Origin: Bacteroidota bacterium
GTDB lineage: Bacteria; Bacteroidota; Bacteroidia; Bacteroidales; PUMT01
DNA length: 64,000 bases
Direction: 5' to 3'
Assembly: GCA_003551495.1 (NCBI GenBank)
Contig: PUMT01000262.1
Coordinates: forward strand, 4,293-68,292
Shown here: positions 29,182-39,677 of the stretch, one piece after another
Numbering within the stretch: position 1 is the first letter of the stretch
Layout of the letters: each line of letters begins with the position of its first letter
Notes under the pieces: model-generated
The model's database searches: none
What the model saw: only the letters and a program-made list of their open reading frames with translations
What the model was told of the DNA's origin: nothing
Program-made: the position numbers and the translations under genes

Positions 29182-30111
29182 ATGGCACTCGTTATAATCT
29201 GTCCTGACAGGAATAAGGATTACTGGATCAGGGCTTTTAATAAAACAGACCCGTCAGTTGAAGTTCTTACTGAAGACCAGGTATTGGACAATAAATCGGT
29301 TATATACGCCCTTGCATGGAAACAGCCTCCGGGAATATTCAATCGTTACCCCAACCTCAAGTGCATATCATCCCTGGGAGCCGGAGTAGACCATTTGGTG
29401 GAAGACCCTCATATTCCGGAAAAACTCGATATTGTCAGGATAATCGATCCGATACTTTCGGAGGATCTTTTTGAGTTTGCACTGGCGGTAATAATGAACA
29501 GGCTTCGTTCGCTTACAGTTTACAAGGTCAGGCAAATCAGAAAAGAGTGGAAAAAGAGCCTCTATATGAGGATCGAAGATCTGAAAATTGGGATAATGGG
29601 AACGGGCAGGATAGGCAACCATATAGCAAAAAAGCTGCATGGAATGGGATTTAATGTTTGCGGATGGGCAAGAACCCGCGGGAAGGAAGAGGTTTATAAA
29701 AAATATGCCGGTTCAGGGGAAATGGACACTTTCCTGCAAAATATCAATATGCTTTTATGCCTGCTGCCACTTACAAAGTCAACAAAGGGAATACTAAACA
29801 AGAAGAACCTTCAGAAGCTGCCGGAAGGGGCTTATCTTGTAAATCTTGCAAGGGGGCCTCATCTTGTGGATGAAGATCTGATAAGTCTGCTGGATTCCGG
29901 ACACCTTTCGGGGGCCAGTCTGGATGTTTTCGATCCCGAACCCCTGCCTTCAGGTCATCCTTTCTGGAGTCATCCTGCAATAGACATAACCCCGCATGTT
30001 GCCAGCATAACTGATCCTGCAAGGGTAGCAGACCAGATCATTGAAAACTACCACAGGGTGAAAAAAGGTGAAAAACCGTTTAATACCGTTTCCAGGAAAC
30101 TGGGATACTGA
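29182..30111 (+). CDS. Glyoxylate/hydroxypyruvate reductase A-like D-2-hydroxyacid dehydrogenase
   Basis: GxGxxG (GIMGTGRIG), LLPLT..T.GI, LVNLARG.HLV..DL, LDVF..EPLP...P.W.HP...TPHVA. It is colinear with E. coli GhrA as I remember it, including the C-terminal ...GY. Confidence 0.75.
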   Translation: MALVIICPDRNKDYWIRAFNKTDPSVEVLTEDQVLDNKSVIYALAWKQPPGIFNRYPNLKCISSLGAGVDHLVEDPHIPEKLDIVRIIDPILSEDLFEFALAVIMNRLRSLTVYKVRQIRKEWKKSLYMRIEDLKIGIMGTGRIGNHIAKKLHGMGFNVCGWARTRGKEEVYKKYAGSGEMDTFLQNINMLLCLLPLTKSTKGILNKKNLQKLPEGAYLVNLARGPHLVDEDLISLLDSGHLSGASLDVFDPEPLPSGHPFWSHPAIDITPHVASITDPARVADQIIENYHRVKKGEKPFNTVSRKLGY

Positions 30112-30132
30112 TAATACAAACCCAAAATTATT

Positions 30133-31026
30133 ATGTCTGAAATAAAGGGAATAATACCTCCGCTTCCTACTTCATTTAATGAAGAGGGGGAACTGATGCC
30201 TGATAAGATCAGGCTCAATATAGAAAAGCTTAGCCGTTATGACCTGTCAGGCTTTCTCATACTCGGATCCAACGGGGAAATGGTAATGCTTTCAGATAAA
30301 GAAAAGGTGGCAGCTTACCGTGCCGCACGCGAAGCTATTGGCAAAGACAAAATAATGATTGCAGGGACAGGAGGACAGTCAACACGCGAAACGGTAATGC
30401 TGACAAAGGAAGCTGCAAAGTCAGGCGCAGACGCAGTCCTGGTCCTCAATCCATATTATTATAAAGGACTGATGACAAGGGAGGCACTTACAGAACATTA
30501 CTCTGCCGTAGCCGATGCTTCACCTGTTCCTGTACTGATCTACAATATGCCTGCAAACAGCGGAATGGACATGGATGCAGGCACAATACTTGCAATAGCC
30601 GAACATCCTAACATTACCGGAGTTAAAGATTCGGGGGGCAACCTTGTAAAAATGGGCCAGATTGCTGCCGGAGCAAAACCAGGATTCAGTGTTCTGGCAG
30701 GATCGGCTGGATTTTTGCTGCCCGCCCTTACCATAGGTGCCTGTGGCGGAATACTGGCTCTTGCCAACATTGCCCCCTCGCAATGCATTGAAATATTTGA
30801 CAGTTTCAACAGGGGCGATATTGAAACTTCCAGGAAAATACAGCACCGTATGATACCTCTAAACAGTGCGGTAACAAGGCAATGGGGAGTACCCGCCCTC
30901 AAGTGTGCAATGGATCATGCCGGACTTTACGGCGGGCCGTGCAGAAAGCCCCTGCTGCCAATGGAAGAAGAACCCTTCAACACACTTATCAGTATGCTTG
31001 AAGAAAACAGAATTAAGATCAGTTGA
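30133..31026 (+). CDS. DapA/DHDPS-family aldolase, closest in motifs to 4-hydroxy-2-oxoglutarate aldolase (HOGA)
   Basis: GSNGE motif instead of GTTGE, plus the Schiff-base region GVKDSGG. VLAGSAGFL, ALANI and HR.I..N.AVTR..G.P.LK...D..G.YGGPCR.PL resemble my memory of human HOGA1. Confidence 0.7.
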   Translation: MSEIKGIIPPLPTSFNEEGELMPDKIRLNIEKLSRYDLSGFLILGSNGEMVMLSDKEKVAAYRAAREAIGKDKIMIAGTGGQSTRETVMLTKEAAKSGADAVLVLNPYYYKGLMTREALTEHYSAVADASPVPVLIYNMPANSGMDMDAGTILAIAEHPNITGVKDSGGNLVKMGQIAAGAKPGFSVLAGSAGFLLPALTIGACGGILALANIAPSQCIEIFDSFNRGDIETSRKIQHRMIPLNSAVTRQWGVPALKCAMDHAGLYGGPCRKPLLPMEEEPFNTLISMLEENRIKIS

Positions 31027-31051
31027 TAACTTCGAAAATTAACATTGCTAT

Positions 31052-32215
31052 ATGAAAAACAGGAAACTATTAATGATACCCGGCCCGGTTGAATTTGAAC
31101 CCTCCGTCCTGCAGGCTTTGGGTGCCCCCACAAGCAGTCATGTTGCCCCCGGATTTCTGGAATCGTTCGGCAACAGTCTGGAAATGATGAAAAAAGTGTG
31201 GATATGCCCGTCAGGGCAACCTTTCATCGTTGCCGGATCAGGAACACTTGCAATGGAGATGGCGGCAGCCAATCTCACTGAAAAAGGTGATAATGTGCTT
31301 GTGGTATCGACAGGTTATTTCGGTGAGCGCTATGCAGAACTGCTGAAACGGTTCGGGGCAAAAACCAATGTGCTGAAAGCTGAAACAGGTAAAACGGTAA
31401 GTGAAGATGAACTGGAGGAAGCCCTGAAGCAAAAAAAATACAAACTGGTCACATTCACTCATGTTGATACCTCAACAGGTGTAAAGGTTGATCCCCGGCC
31501 TTTTGGCAGGCTTGGGAAAAAATATGGTGTGCTGACAATTCTGGACGGGGTATGCTCTGTTGCAGGTGAAGAGATAATACAGGAAGAATGGGGTATTGAT
31601 GTAGTCCTTACCGCTTCCCAAAAGGCAATAGGTGTACCGCCAGGACTTGCCCTTATGGTTGTATCGCCAAAAGCAATGAATGTATGGCGTGACCGTAAAA
31701 CACCCGTGGGGAGTTATTACTGCGACTGGAACAACTGGTTGCCTGTCATGGAAGCCTACTCGGAAAGAAAGCCGTCCTACTTCGGCACTCCGCCGGTAAA
31801 TCTTATAATGGCGCTTGAAACAAGCCTTAAGCTTATTCTGAAAGAGGGGTTGAAAGAGAGGTTTGCGCGGCATGAAAGGATTGGGAAAGCCTTCAGGGCA
31901 GCTTTCAGGGCAATGTCGGTCAATACCATACCTGAAAACGAAACTCATTCAGCCAGCACACTCTCCTGCCCTTTTTTCCCGGAAGGGGTGAGCGGACAGG
32001 AATTTATGAAGGCAATGGCCGGGAGTGACGTTACCGTGGCACCGGGACTCCTGCCGGAGATGAAGTCAGAATACTTCCGGGTAGGACATATGGGCAGTGT
32101 CAACAATGCAGATGTGATGTCAACCCTTGGGGCAATAGAATCTGCATTGACAATGTGCGGATACAGGTATGAACAGGGATCGGGACTAAAGGCGGCACTG
32201 GAAGTACTTAAATAA
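31052..32215 (+). CDS. Class V aminotransferase (alanine-glyoxylate / serine-pyruvate aminotransferase-like)
   Basis: N-terminal LLMIPGPVE, PLP-lysine motif SQKAIGVPPG, and HV(D)TSTG. Confidence 0.8.
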   Translation: MKNRKLLMIPGPVEFEPSVLQALGAPTSSHVAPGFLESFGNSLEMMKKVWICPSGQPFIVAGSGTLAMEMAAANLTEKGDNVLVVSTGYFGERYAELLKRFGAKTNVLKAETGKTVSEDELEEALKQKKYKLVTFTHVDTSTGVKVDPRPFGRLGKKYGVLTILDGVCSVAGEEIIQEEWGIDVVLTASQKAIGVPPGLALMVVSPKAMNVWRDRKTPVGSYYCDWNNWLPVMEAYSERKPSYFGTPPVNLIMALETSLKLILKEGLKERFARHERIGKAFRAAFRAMSVNTIPENETHSASTLSCPFFPEGVSGQEFMKAMAGSDVTVAPGLLPEMKSEYFRVGHMGSVNNADVMSTLGAIESALTMCGYRYEQGSGLKAALEVLK

Positions 32216-32216
32216 A

Positions 32217-32402
32217 TCAGCGGCTGTTCAGGTAGTTCTCTATTGAACGGTCATAGGTCTTTTCAGCTTCAGCTGAAAAATAGCATGCCGGAAGTTGTCC
32301 CATTTTCCTGTGGTAATGAAGGCATTCGCAGCATATGCCCTTGCGGCTGCATGGGTATGTACAATTACATATTCCCTTGTTTTCAGTTATTTTGCATTCC
32401 AT
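32217..32402 (-). CDS. Small Cys-rich protein (DUF6485-like)
   Basis: 61 aa with eight Cys: [29 protein letters not shown]. This matches a small conserved family as I recall it. Confidence 0.5.
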   Translation of the reverse strand: MECKITENKGICNCTYPCSRKGICCECLHYHRKMGQLPACYFSAEAEKTYDRSIENYLNSR

Positions 32403-32515
32403 AAAAGGTTATTTATACTAAAACATCTAAATTAACTTAAAGTATATAGATAACTTAAACTGTTATTCGGGTAATTGAAAAGACTTCAAATTCAGCCCTT
32501 GCCAGGAAAAAATTA

Positions 32516-32974
32516 TTATCTCTTGATAAGTAACCAGGCATCATTGTAATCGGAATAACGGGTTCGGATCTGGTGAACACGCACCCTCGCTTCTGTCTCA
32601 TCTGTATGGGAATCCACGCAAACACGGTGAAACCCGAATTCTGACAGGAGAATAAAAGGGTCGAACCCCTGGTCCCTGAGCTGCCTCATGAAGCGTTGTG
32701 CATTGTCTTCATACCTGAAGCTGCCTACTATAACAAAAAACTGGTTAACCTCATGCGCTGCCCTTTCTTTTTCTTCAGCAAGATCAAAAGATACTCTTTC
32801 TTCCCTTACCGGTATCCTGGCTATTTCAGCTTCAGTAGGTTCTTCTTCTTTAACCTCCACCGGTTTTTCCGGTTCAGGGATATCAACCACTTCCATTTCT
32901 TTTTGAGCCCTGCAGCCTGTCATGAATACAGCAATTGCGAGAGCAGCAAGTGTAAGGATTTTTACTTTTTTCAT
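32516..32974 (-). CDS. SPOR-domain lipoprotein
   Basis: Lipobox FMTGC, an acidic linker, and a C-terminal SPOR-like fold (FFVIVGSFRYEDNAQRF...L...GF). Confidence 0.65.
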   Translation of the reverse strand: MKKVKILTLAALAIAVFMTGCRAQKEMEVVDIPEPEKPVEVKEEEPTEAEIARIPVREERVSFDLAEEKERAAHEVNQFFVIVGSFRYEDNAQRFMRQLRDQGFDPFILLSEFGFHRVCVDSHTDETEARVRVHQIRTRYSDYNDAWLLIKR

Positions 32975-33232
32975 CGTATAATAATTAAGGTTTAATCAAT
33001 TCAATAATGCTGCAAATTAAAGCCGGCATTTTCCTTTCAGCTTTCAAAGTTAAACAATATATGCCGGATTCGGCAACCACGTTTTAAAAAATAATATCAA
33101 CAATTTCTTACCGGTAATGTTTGAATGATATACCTTTGACCTGAAAAACTTTGTTCAATTTATAATTTTATACAGGGCAGGGGTTGAACTTTTTATACCT
33201 TTACAAAAACAGATAATAAAAAATGTGAAATT

Positions 33233-33628
33233 ATGGACATGGAAATAACTTTTGGAGATGGTAAAAGAGTAAATGCAAGCTACAAAGGAATGACAATTAT
33301 GACCGACCAGTCGGTTAAAGCCGGTGGTGAAGCATCCGCTCCGGAACCTTTCACGCTTTTCCTTGCATCTATCGGAACCTGTGCAGGCATATACGTAAAA
33401 TCATTCTGCGACAACAGGAAGATTCCAACCGATAATATCAGACTGGTTCAGAAAATGAGCTATGACCCTGCAAAAAAGCTTATCGGCCGGATTGATATCG
33501 ATATTTTCCTGCCCCCGGATTTTCCCGATAAATATGCCGATGCAGTTGTAAATGCTGTCGAACTTTGCACGGTTAAAAAACATCTGCATGACCCTCCGGG
33601 AATATCTGTCAAAACGAAGAAACTATAA
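33233..33628 (+). CDS. OsmC/Ohr family protein
   Basis: 131 aa. P.E.FL..AS.G.C and ..C.V.K.L elements carry the two conserved Cys. Confidence 0.65.
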   Translation: MDMEITFGDGKRVNASYKGMTIMTDQSVKAGGEASAPEPFTLFLASIGTCAGIYVKSFCDNRKIPTDNIRLVQKMSYDPAKKLIGRIDIDIFLPPDFPDKYADAVVNAVELCTVKKHLHDPPGISVKTKKL

Positions 33629-33719
33629 CCCAAAAGCAAAGGGTAAGTTTTATACTTTATATTTTAAGAAGTAGATTTCCCTGCGAATATTATTTTGCCT
33701 GCCAAAGACTGGTGGTACT

Positions 33720-35705
33720 TCATTTGATAATTTCGAATTCCGTACGCCTGTTCAGCGCACGTCCTTCTGCGGTTTCGTTGTCAGCCACCGGTTCAGTTTC
33801 ACCAAACCCTTTATAATCAAGGCGATTTTTATCTATGCCCTTTTCGGTCAGAAACAGCACAACCGTTTCAGCTCTTTTTTCTGAAAGTGCAAGATTGTAT
33901 TCAGGATCACCGGTACTGTCGGTATGGCCGTTTATCCTTATTCGCAGGGAAGGGTTGTTTACAAGGAAATCATATAGTTTCAGCAGTTCGGCAATCGATT
34001 CTTCAAGTAAAGTGTAGCTGTCAAATTCGAAGAATATATTTCTGAGAACAACTTTTTCACCTTCCCTTATCGGCTGAAGAGGTATATCCATGAGAAAAGG
34101 GTCAGCCTGACCAGCATGTTGTGCAAGTGAAAAGTGTTCCGAAAAAAACAGGTAACCTTCGTGAGAAACATTCAGAGCATAATCCTTTCCGGTAACTATC
34201 GGAATAAGGAACTCTCCGTTGATTTCATCAGACCATGCCTCAATTTTGGTTTCAGCCGTTTCAACATCAATAATCTCGAATCTTGCATGAAGGCGCCTCT
34301 TTGTTTCATTATCGAAAACCGTGCCTTTCATATAGGACACCTCCCTGGGCCTTGCTTCCTGATAGAGTTCAAAAACATAAATGTCTTTCCCCTGCCCTTC
34401 AATCCTGTCGGATGCAAAATAGGCCAAATCTCCCCTGGCATTGATTATAAGACCTATCTCGTCGTGATGAGTATTAATGGGATATCCCAGGTTTTCAGGT
34501 TCAGACCAGGTGCCGTCCTGATTCGCACGGGTTACAAACAGATCCATCCCTCCCATACCCGTATGCCCGTCTGATGCAAAGTAGAGCGTGCGGCCGTCCA
34601 GGTGAATGAAAGGAGACATTTCATTGCCGGAGGTATTGATAACATCACCCAGGTTGACAGGCTCTGACCAGCTGCCGTCATCCTTCATATTTGCTTTCCA
34701 GATATCCATCTTGCCAATTCCGCCACTGCGGTTACTGGCAAAATAGAGTGTGCGTCCGTCAGCCGAAACAGAGGGCTGGGCTTCCCATGCATGAGAATTG
34801 ACCGGGGAGCCTATATTTTTGGGCTTGCTCCAGGATTCTCCGGATCTTTCGGCAACATAAATGTCGCAACTGCCGTAACCGTCGTCCCTGTTGCATGCCG
34901 TAAAATATATTTTTCTTCCGTCAGCTGTAATTGAAGGGGCCCCTTCATTCTGTTCCGAAGCCAAAGGCTCACCCATAAGACGTGCTTCTGACCAGTCTCC
35001 GTTATCCCTCAGGGAAAGAAAAAAGTCCTCCCTGTAATTACCCGGCACTTTTTCTCCTTCAGGATCTGCCAGGGTCTGCCTTGTAAAGATCAGCGTTCTC
35101 TCATCTGCGGTTAGTGTTGGCCAGTATTCATCAGCATTGGTATTTATATTGCTGTCAAGTCTCACAAGTTCGAAAGGTACAGGGTTTTCTATTGCTTGCA
35201 TTGCAAAATCGCAGTTCTTCAGGTTCTTTTCAGCCTGGACACGCATCTCCTCCGAAATATCTTCACGGGCAAGGAAGTCTGCAAAGGCATCCCTGGCCGG
35301 TTGATAATCACCAACGCGTAAATATGATAATCCAAGATTGTAATAAGCCATCGGAAAAAAGTCCTGATCCAGAACAATGGCACTCCTGAATGAAGCAGCT
35401 GCATTTCTGAACTTCCCCATCTCAAAATATGCCTGTCCTTTCACCAGGAAAGCTTCGTAAAACCGGGGATCTATTTCAGTGGCACGTTTGAGCAGTTCCA
35501 CAGCTTCTTCGTAATCCCTAAGTTGCCATTTATACCTGCCTTCCATGTAAAAACGCTCAGCCCTGCGAGACCCTGTTGAAAGTTCCTGGCTAAAAGCAAC
35601 TTCGGTTAAAATAAGGAGCAGAGAAAAAAACAGGAGGATGCGGCCGGCTAATAACGCTCTCCGGCCAACCCAAATAGAACAAAACTGCACCCCGGCTATT
35701 TTCAT
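33720..35705 (-). CDS. TPR + PD40 (TolB-like) repeat + C-terminal OmpA-domain protein
   Basis: TPR repeats lie near the N-terminus. They are followed by repeated E..PS.S.DG..LYF(T/A)S blades and a C-terminal OmpA_C motif (NGHTDSTG...YNL.LSEKRA..V...L; NRRTEF). Confidence 0.8.
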   Translation of the reverse strand: MKIAGVQFCSIWVGRRALLAGRILLFFSLLLILTEVAFSQELSTGSRRAERFYMEGRYKWQLRDYEEAVELLKRATEIDPRFYEAFLVKGQAYFEMGKFRNAAASFRSAIVLDQDFFPMAYYNLGLSYLRVGDYQPARDAFADFLAREDISEEMRVQAEKNLKNCDFAMQAIENPVPFELVRLDSNINTNADEYWPTLTADERTLIFTRQTLADPEGEKVPGNYREDFFLSLRDNGDWSEARLMGEPLASEQNEGAPSITADGRKIYFTACNRDDGYGSCDIYVAERSGESWSKPKNIGSPVNSHAWEAQPSVSADGRTLYFASNRSGGIGKMDIWKANMKDDGSWSEPVNLGDVINTSGNEMSPFIHLDGRTLYFASDGHTGMGGMDLFVTRANQDGTWSEPENLGYPINTHHDEIGLIINARGDLAYFASDRIEGQGKDIYVFELYQEARPREVSYMKGTVFDNETKRRLHARFEIIDVETAETKIEAWSDEINGEFLIPIVTGKDYALNVSHEGYLFFSEHFSLAQHAGQADPFLMDIPLQPIREGEKVVLRNIFFEFDSYTLLEESIAELLKLYDFLVNNPSLRIRINGHTDSTGDPEYNLALSEKRAETVVLFLTEKGIDKNRLDYKGFGETEPVADNETAEGRALNRRTEFEIIK

Positions 35706-35745
35706 TATTATGCTTTACTGACCTGAAAGCCTTCAGGCTTTCAGG

Positions 35746-36408
35746 TCAAGGTATATCCATGTATTTATGAGTCTGCAAAGAAATACTCCAGTGTGGGTGA
35801 GATTTCACATATTCAATTATAACAGGCATAATTTCATTGAAACTGCTCCATTCCGGCTGAAGATACAGGCTGCAGTTGCACTGCATTTTGAGAGCCTGGG
35901 ATTCTGCCCATTCAAACTGGTCTCCGTTGCTTACTATAACCTTCAGCTCATTTGCCTCTTCATAATACTCCTGAAGGGGAAGGTCGTGCATTTTGGGAGA
36001 CAGACTTATCCAGTCCCACTCCCCCGAAAGAGGAAAAACACCCGATGTTTCAACATGCATCCTTATACCCCGGTGCGACAAGCTGTTGCACAGCCGGTCA
36101 AGAGGGTAGCTGAAAGGCTCCCCTCCTGTAACTACAACAGTGCGTGCCGGAAATGATGCAGCCCTGTCAACTATTGTATCCACATCAACAAGTGGATGCA
36201 GATCCTTGTTCCAGGCAAACTTTGTATCACACCAGTTACAGCCGATATCACACCCTCCAAGGCGTATAAAATAGGCGGGCTTCCCTGTATGAAAACCTTC
36301 CCCCTGTATCGAGTAAAAGTCCTCTACAAGAGGAAGTTTAGATCCTCCCTCAAAAATGCCTTCATTCCTTTTGAATTGCTTTTCCCGAATTTTTGTCAAC
36401 CTGATCAT
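35746..36408 (-). CDS. queE: 7-carboxy-7-deazaguanine synthase (radical SAM)
   Basis: FYSIQGEG...G.P..FIRL.GC...C.WCDT cluster motif; 220 aa. Confidence 0.8.
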   Translation of the reverse strand: MIRLTKIREKQFKRNEGIFEGGSKLPLVEDFYSIQGEGFHTGKPAYFIRLGGCDIGCNWCDTKFAWNKDLHPLVDVDTIVDRAASFPARTVVVTGGEPFSYPLDRLCNSLSHRGIRMHVETSGVFPLSGEWDWISLSPKMHDLPLQEYYEEANELKVIVSNGDQFEWAESQALKMQCNCSLYLQPEWSSFNEIMPVIIEYVKSHPHWSISLQTHKYMDIP

Positions 36409-36492
36409 TTTAGCATATCATAAGGTTTGCCAATATCTGCCAAAAAATGTAAACATAAAGATATATCTAACAATGTAAAGTTAATTTAAAAA

Positions 36493-38175
36493 TTAAATTT
36501 TTCCATCTACTATATCCAGTATCTCCTTTTCAGCTTTTATAGTTTTGTTTTTTATCTCTTCCCCCCGGGAAATAATATCATCAACAAATTTTTTGTCGTC
36601 TATTTCCGCAGCATTTATCTTTACATTCAGAAACGCTCCCATAACACATGAACGTACGGCAAGGGCACCGACACCTGCGTCGGAAACAGATGCAGGAAGA
36701 CCCTTTTCGGCCATCACTTTTATAACCTCCAGTGATTTGTATGCCGTTTCCATGATCCTGAAAGGTATCAGTGTGGCATATTTGGTTGCTTCAGTAATCG
36801 CCTCCTGTCTTTTCTCCTTTTCTTCTTCAGTCTTTTTAGGCATTCCGAAGGCATCCATTATCCTGTTGAATGCATTTGTGTCTTCATCTATCAGGTGAAC
36901 AAGCTCCTCCTGGTATTTACGACCCTTTTCGGCCCATTCAGAAAACTCTTCCCACTTGTCGTCCCACCCTCGTTTGTGGGAAGACAAATTAGCCACCATG
37001 GTTCCAAGTGCCACACCCAGGGCGCCTATGCATGCCGATACGGAACCTCCGCCAGGGGCAGGGGATTCGGAAGATGTTTCATCAGCAAAATCCTCAACTG
37101 TCATATCCACCAGTCTCTTCTTTTTGCCTGCAAGAATGTATTCAATAATTTTTTCTTCCGGCCTGAACTGATAAAGGTCATCCAGTCCCATTGACTTTAC
37201 GGCTATCTTGATCAGTTCCTTCTCAGATACACCGGTTGAGCGTTTCTGCTTTTTGAGGAAATATCTTCCTGCATCCAGCATAGCTTTCAACGGTACCAGT
37301 CCCACAATCTCCGAACCGGTTACCCTCATCCCCCTTTTCGCGGCTTTGTCAACACACTCATCAAAAGCCACATGAAGAGGGGTTATACTAATATTTGTAA
37401 GGTTGAGCGAAACCTGTGCAATTCCGTACTCTTCAATAAACCATCCTATCCCTTTGACAGCCTTCAGTGATCCGGGAATCATAACCGGCTCCCCGTTCGC
37501 ATCTTTTACAATTTTCCCCGTCAGCGGATTGCCTTCACGCTTAACTCTCCCTTTCTCACGAACATCGAAGGCAAGAGCATTGGCACGACGTGTTGAAGTG
37601 GTATTAAGGTTTATATTGTACGCAATCAGGAAATCTCTTGCTCCTACTGCTGTAGCGCCCGCTCCGGCATTGAGTTCTGCCGGACCGAAATCGGGTTTCC
37701 ATTCGGGTTTGCGGAGCTTTTCAGCCAGCCCTTCATACTCACCCGACCGGCATTCAGCCAGGTTTTTTCTCTTTTCTTCAAATGCGGCATTTTCATAACA
37801 ATAAACAGATATGCCCAGCTCACTGCCTATCCTTTCAGCCAGTTTTCGGGCATATTCCACAGTCTCTTCCATGGTGATGTTTGCAACCGGCACAAACGGA
37901 CATACGTCTGTTGCACCGAAACGCGGATGCGCACCCCTGTGCTTTCTCATATCAATTAATTCAGAAGCCTTTCTTACTGCCCTGAATGCAGCTTCAACCA
38001 CCTCTTCGGGTGTGCCGACAAAAGTCACTACCGTACGGTTAGTGGCTTTCCCCGGATCGACATCAAGCAGTTTAACACCTTCAACGGCTTCGATTTCATT
38101 GGTTATCTGTTTAATAACCTGCATATCATTTCCTTCACTGAAATTGGGTACACATTCTATCAATTGCTGATTCAT
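36493..38175 (-). CDS. ftcD: Glutamate formimidoyltransferase / formiminotetrahydrofolate cyclodeaminase (bifunctional FtcD)
   Basis: Starts LIECVPNFSEG (formiminotransferase N-subdomain). The C-terminal ~200 aa is an all-helical cyclodeaminase domain (PAPGGGSVSA). Confidence 0.85.
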   Translation of the reverse strand: MNQQLIECVPNFSEGNDMQVIKQITNEIEAVEGVKLLDVDPGKATNRTVVTFVGTPEEVVEAAFRAVRKASELIDMRKHRGAHPRFGATDVCPFVPVANITMEETVEYARKLAERIGSELGISVYCYENAAFEEKRKNLAECRSGEYEGLAEKLRKPEWKPDFGPAELNAGAGATAVGARDFLIAYNINLNTTSTRRANALAFDVREKGRVKREGNPLTGKIVKDANGEPVMIPGSLKAVKGIGWFIEEYGIAQVSLNLTNISITPLHVAFDECVDKAAKRGMRVTGSEIVGLVPLKAMLDAGRYFLKKQKRSTGVSEKELIKIAVKSMGLDDLYQFRPEEKIIEYILAGKKKRLVDMTVEDFADETSSESPAPGGGSVSACIGALGVALGTMVANLSSHKRGWDDKWEEFSEWAEKGRKYQEELVHLIDEDTNAFNRIMDAFGMPKKTEEEKEKRQEAITEATKYATLIPFRIMETAYKSLEVIKVMAEKGLPASVSDAGVGALAVRSCVMGAFLNVKINAAEIDDKKFVDDIISRGEEIKNKTIKAEKEILDIVDGKI

Positions 38176-38258
38176 GGTAATTTCTTTTTAACGGTTTTAT
38201 TTTTATATGTTTTATTGATCTTCTGCACTACTTTTAATATTTAGCCGGTACGGGGAAA

Positions 38259-39521
38259 TCATTTGCTTACTACCCTGCCTTTGACAATAACCTTTTCAAC
38301 ATGGTCACTGCCATAAGCATAAGGCATGAACTCATATCCGGGTATTTCGCTGGTTATGAACATATTTGCTGTTTTGCCCCTTGCTATGGAACCGGTTATA
38401 TCTTCAACCCCCATTGCATAAGCGCCGTTTATAGTAACCGCATTAATTACTTCCTCGGGAAGCATTCTGAGTTTTATGCAGCCAAGCGACATTACAAACT
38501 GCATATTGCCTGATGGTGATGAGCCCGGATTGTAATCGGAAGCCATTGCAACCGGAAGTCCGGCTTCGATCATTTTCCTTGCAGGCGGATAGTCCATCCC
38601 AAGGAAAAATGCAGCACCCGGAAGCAGTGTGGGCATTGTACCACTGTCGAGCAACTTCTCAATTTCATCTTCCCCGGTGAACTCCAGGTGGTCAACCGAA
38701 AGGGCATTGTACCTGACACCTGTCTGGATACCACCCGAAAAATCCAGTTCGTTGGCATGTATCTTACCGCGAAGTCCATATTTCTGTCCTGCTTCCAGTA
38801 TCCTTTCAGTATCCTCTACGGTAAAAAATCCCCTGTCGCAAAACACATCTATATAATCGGCAAGACCCTCTTCAGCAACCCTGGGTATCATATCCTTTAC
38901 CACTATGTCAACATAATCAGACTGTCTTCCTTTATACTCTGCAGGCACCGCATGGGCTCCGAGGAAGGTGGATCTGATGATCAGCGGTGTTGTCTCCTTC
39001 AAACGCCTTATTACCCTTAACATCTTTATCTCATCTTCAGGTGTTAGTCCGTAACCGCTTTTGATCTCAACCGCACCTGTCCCCTTCATCATAATCTCAT
39101 TTATACGTCCCAGAGCCTGCTCATACAGCGAATCTTCGGATGTTTGCTGAAGGAGTTTTGCAGAATTCAAAATGCCTCCTCCCCTTTTTGCTATCTCCTC
39201 ATATGAAAGTCCCTTTATCTTGTCAATATACTCTATCTCCCTGCTGCCTGCATAAACTATATGAGTGTGTGAGTCGCAAAAAGAAGGCAGGACGAGCTTT
39301 CCGGAGGCATCAATTGTCTCGGTTTCATTGCCGGAGAACTCCCTTGAAAATGGCGAATTTTCAATAGACCGCATCTTTCCAAAATCCTTTATTACACCAT
39401 CCTTTATAAACAGGAATGCATCTGCCAGAACCGGCAATGTTGACATTTTGGTGCCGGCAACCATTCTGGGAGATTCCTCTGCTGCCTGTACAAGAAGTTT
39501 TATATTTTTAATTAAAATCAT
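38259..39521 (-). CDS. hutI: Imidazolonepropionase
   Basis: Amidohydrolase metal motif DSHTH..., HA(N)E...; 420 aa. Adjacent to ftcD. Confidence 0.85.
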   Translation of the reverse strand: MILIKNIKLLVQAAEESPRMVAGTKMSTLPVLADAFLFIKDGVIKDFGKMRSIENSPFSREFSGNETETIDASGKLVLPSFCDSHTHIVYAGSREIEYIDKIKGLSYEEIAKRGGGILNSAKLLQQTSEDSLYEQALGRINEIMMKGTGAVEIKSGYGLTPEDEIKMLRVIRRLKETTPLIIRSTFLGAHAVPAEYKGRQSDYVDIVVKDMIPRVAEEGLADYIDVFCDRGFFTVEDTERILEAGQKYGLRGKIHANELDFSGGIQTGVRYNALSVDHLEFTGEDEIEKLLDSGTMPTLLPGAAFFLGMDYPPARKMIEAGLPVAMASDYNPGSSPSGNMQFVMSLGCIKLRMLPEEVINAVTINGAYAMGVEDITGSIARGKTANMFITSEIPGYEFMPYAYGSDHVEKVIVKGRVVSK

Positions 39522-39677
39522 AAAATGCTTATTTTTATATTTTCATAACCCGGCTGCAAATGATTTTTTTGCATCCAGATTCTTCACGAAAATATAAAAT
39601 ATTGCCATTGTAAAAAAGGAATCATGTCATCGGGGTTAGAACAAAAAACTGATTATTTACCAACAAAATATTAGGTT

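Noticed and set aside
36409-36492. preQ1 riboswitch upstream of queE.
   Set aside because: The 84-nt leader lacks the conserved preQ1-I/II elements (no short hairpin followed by an A-rich tail with the CUA or CCC motifs). It is simply AT-rich.
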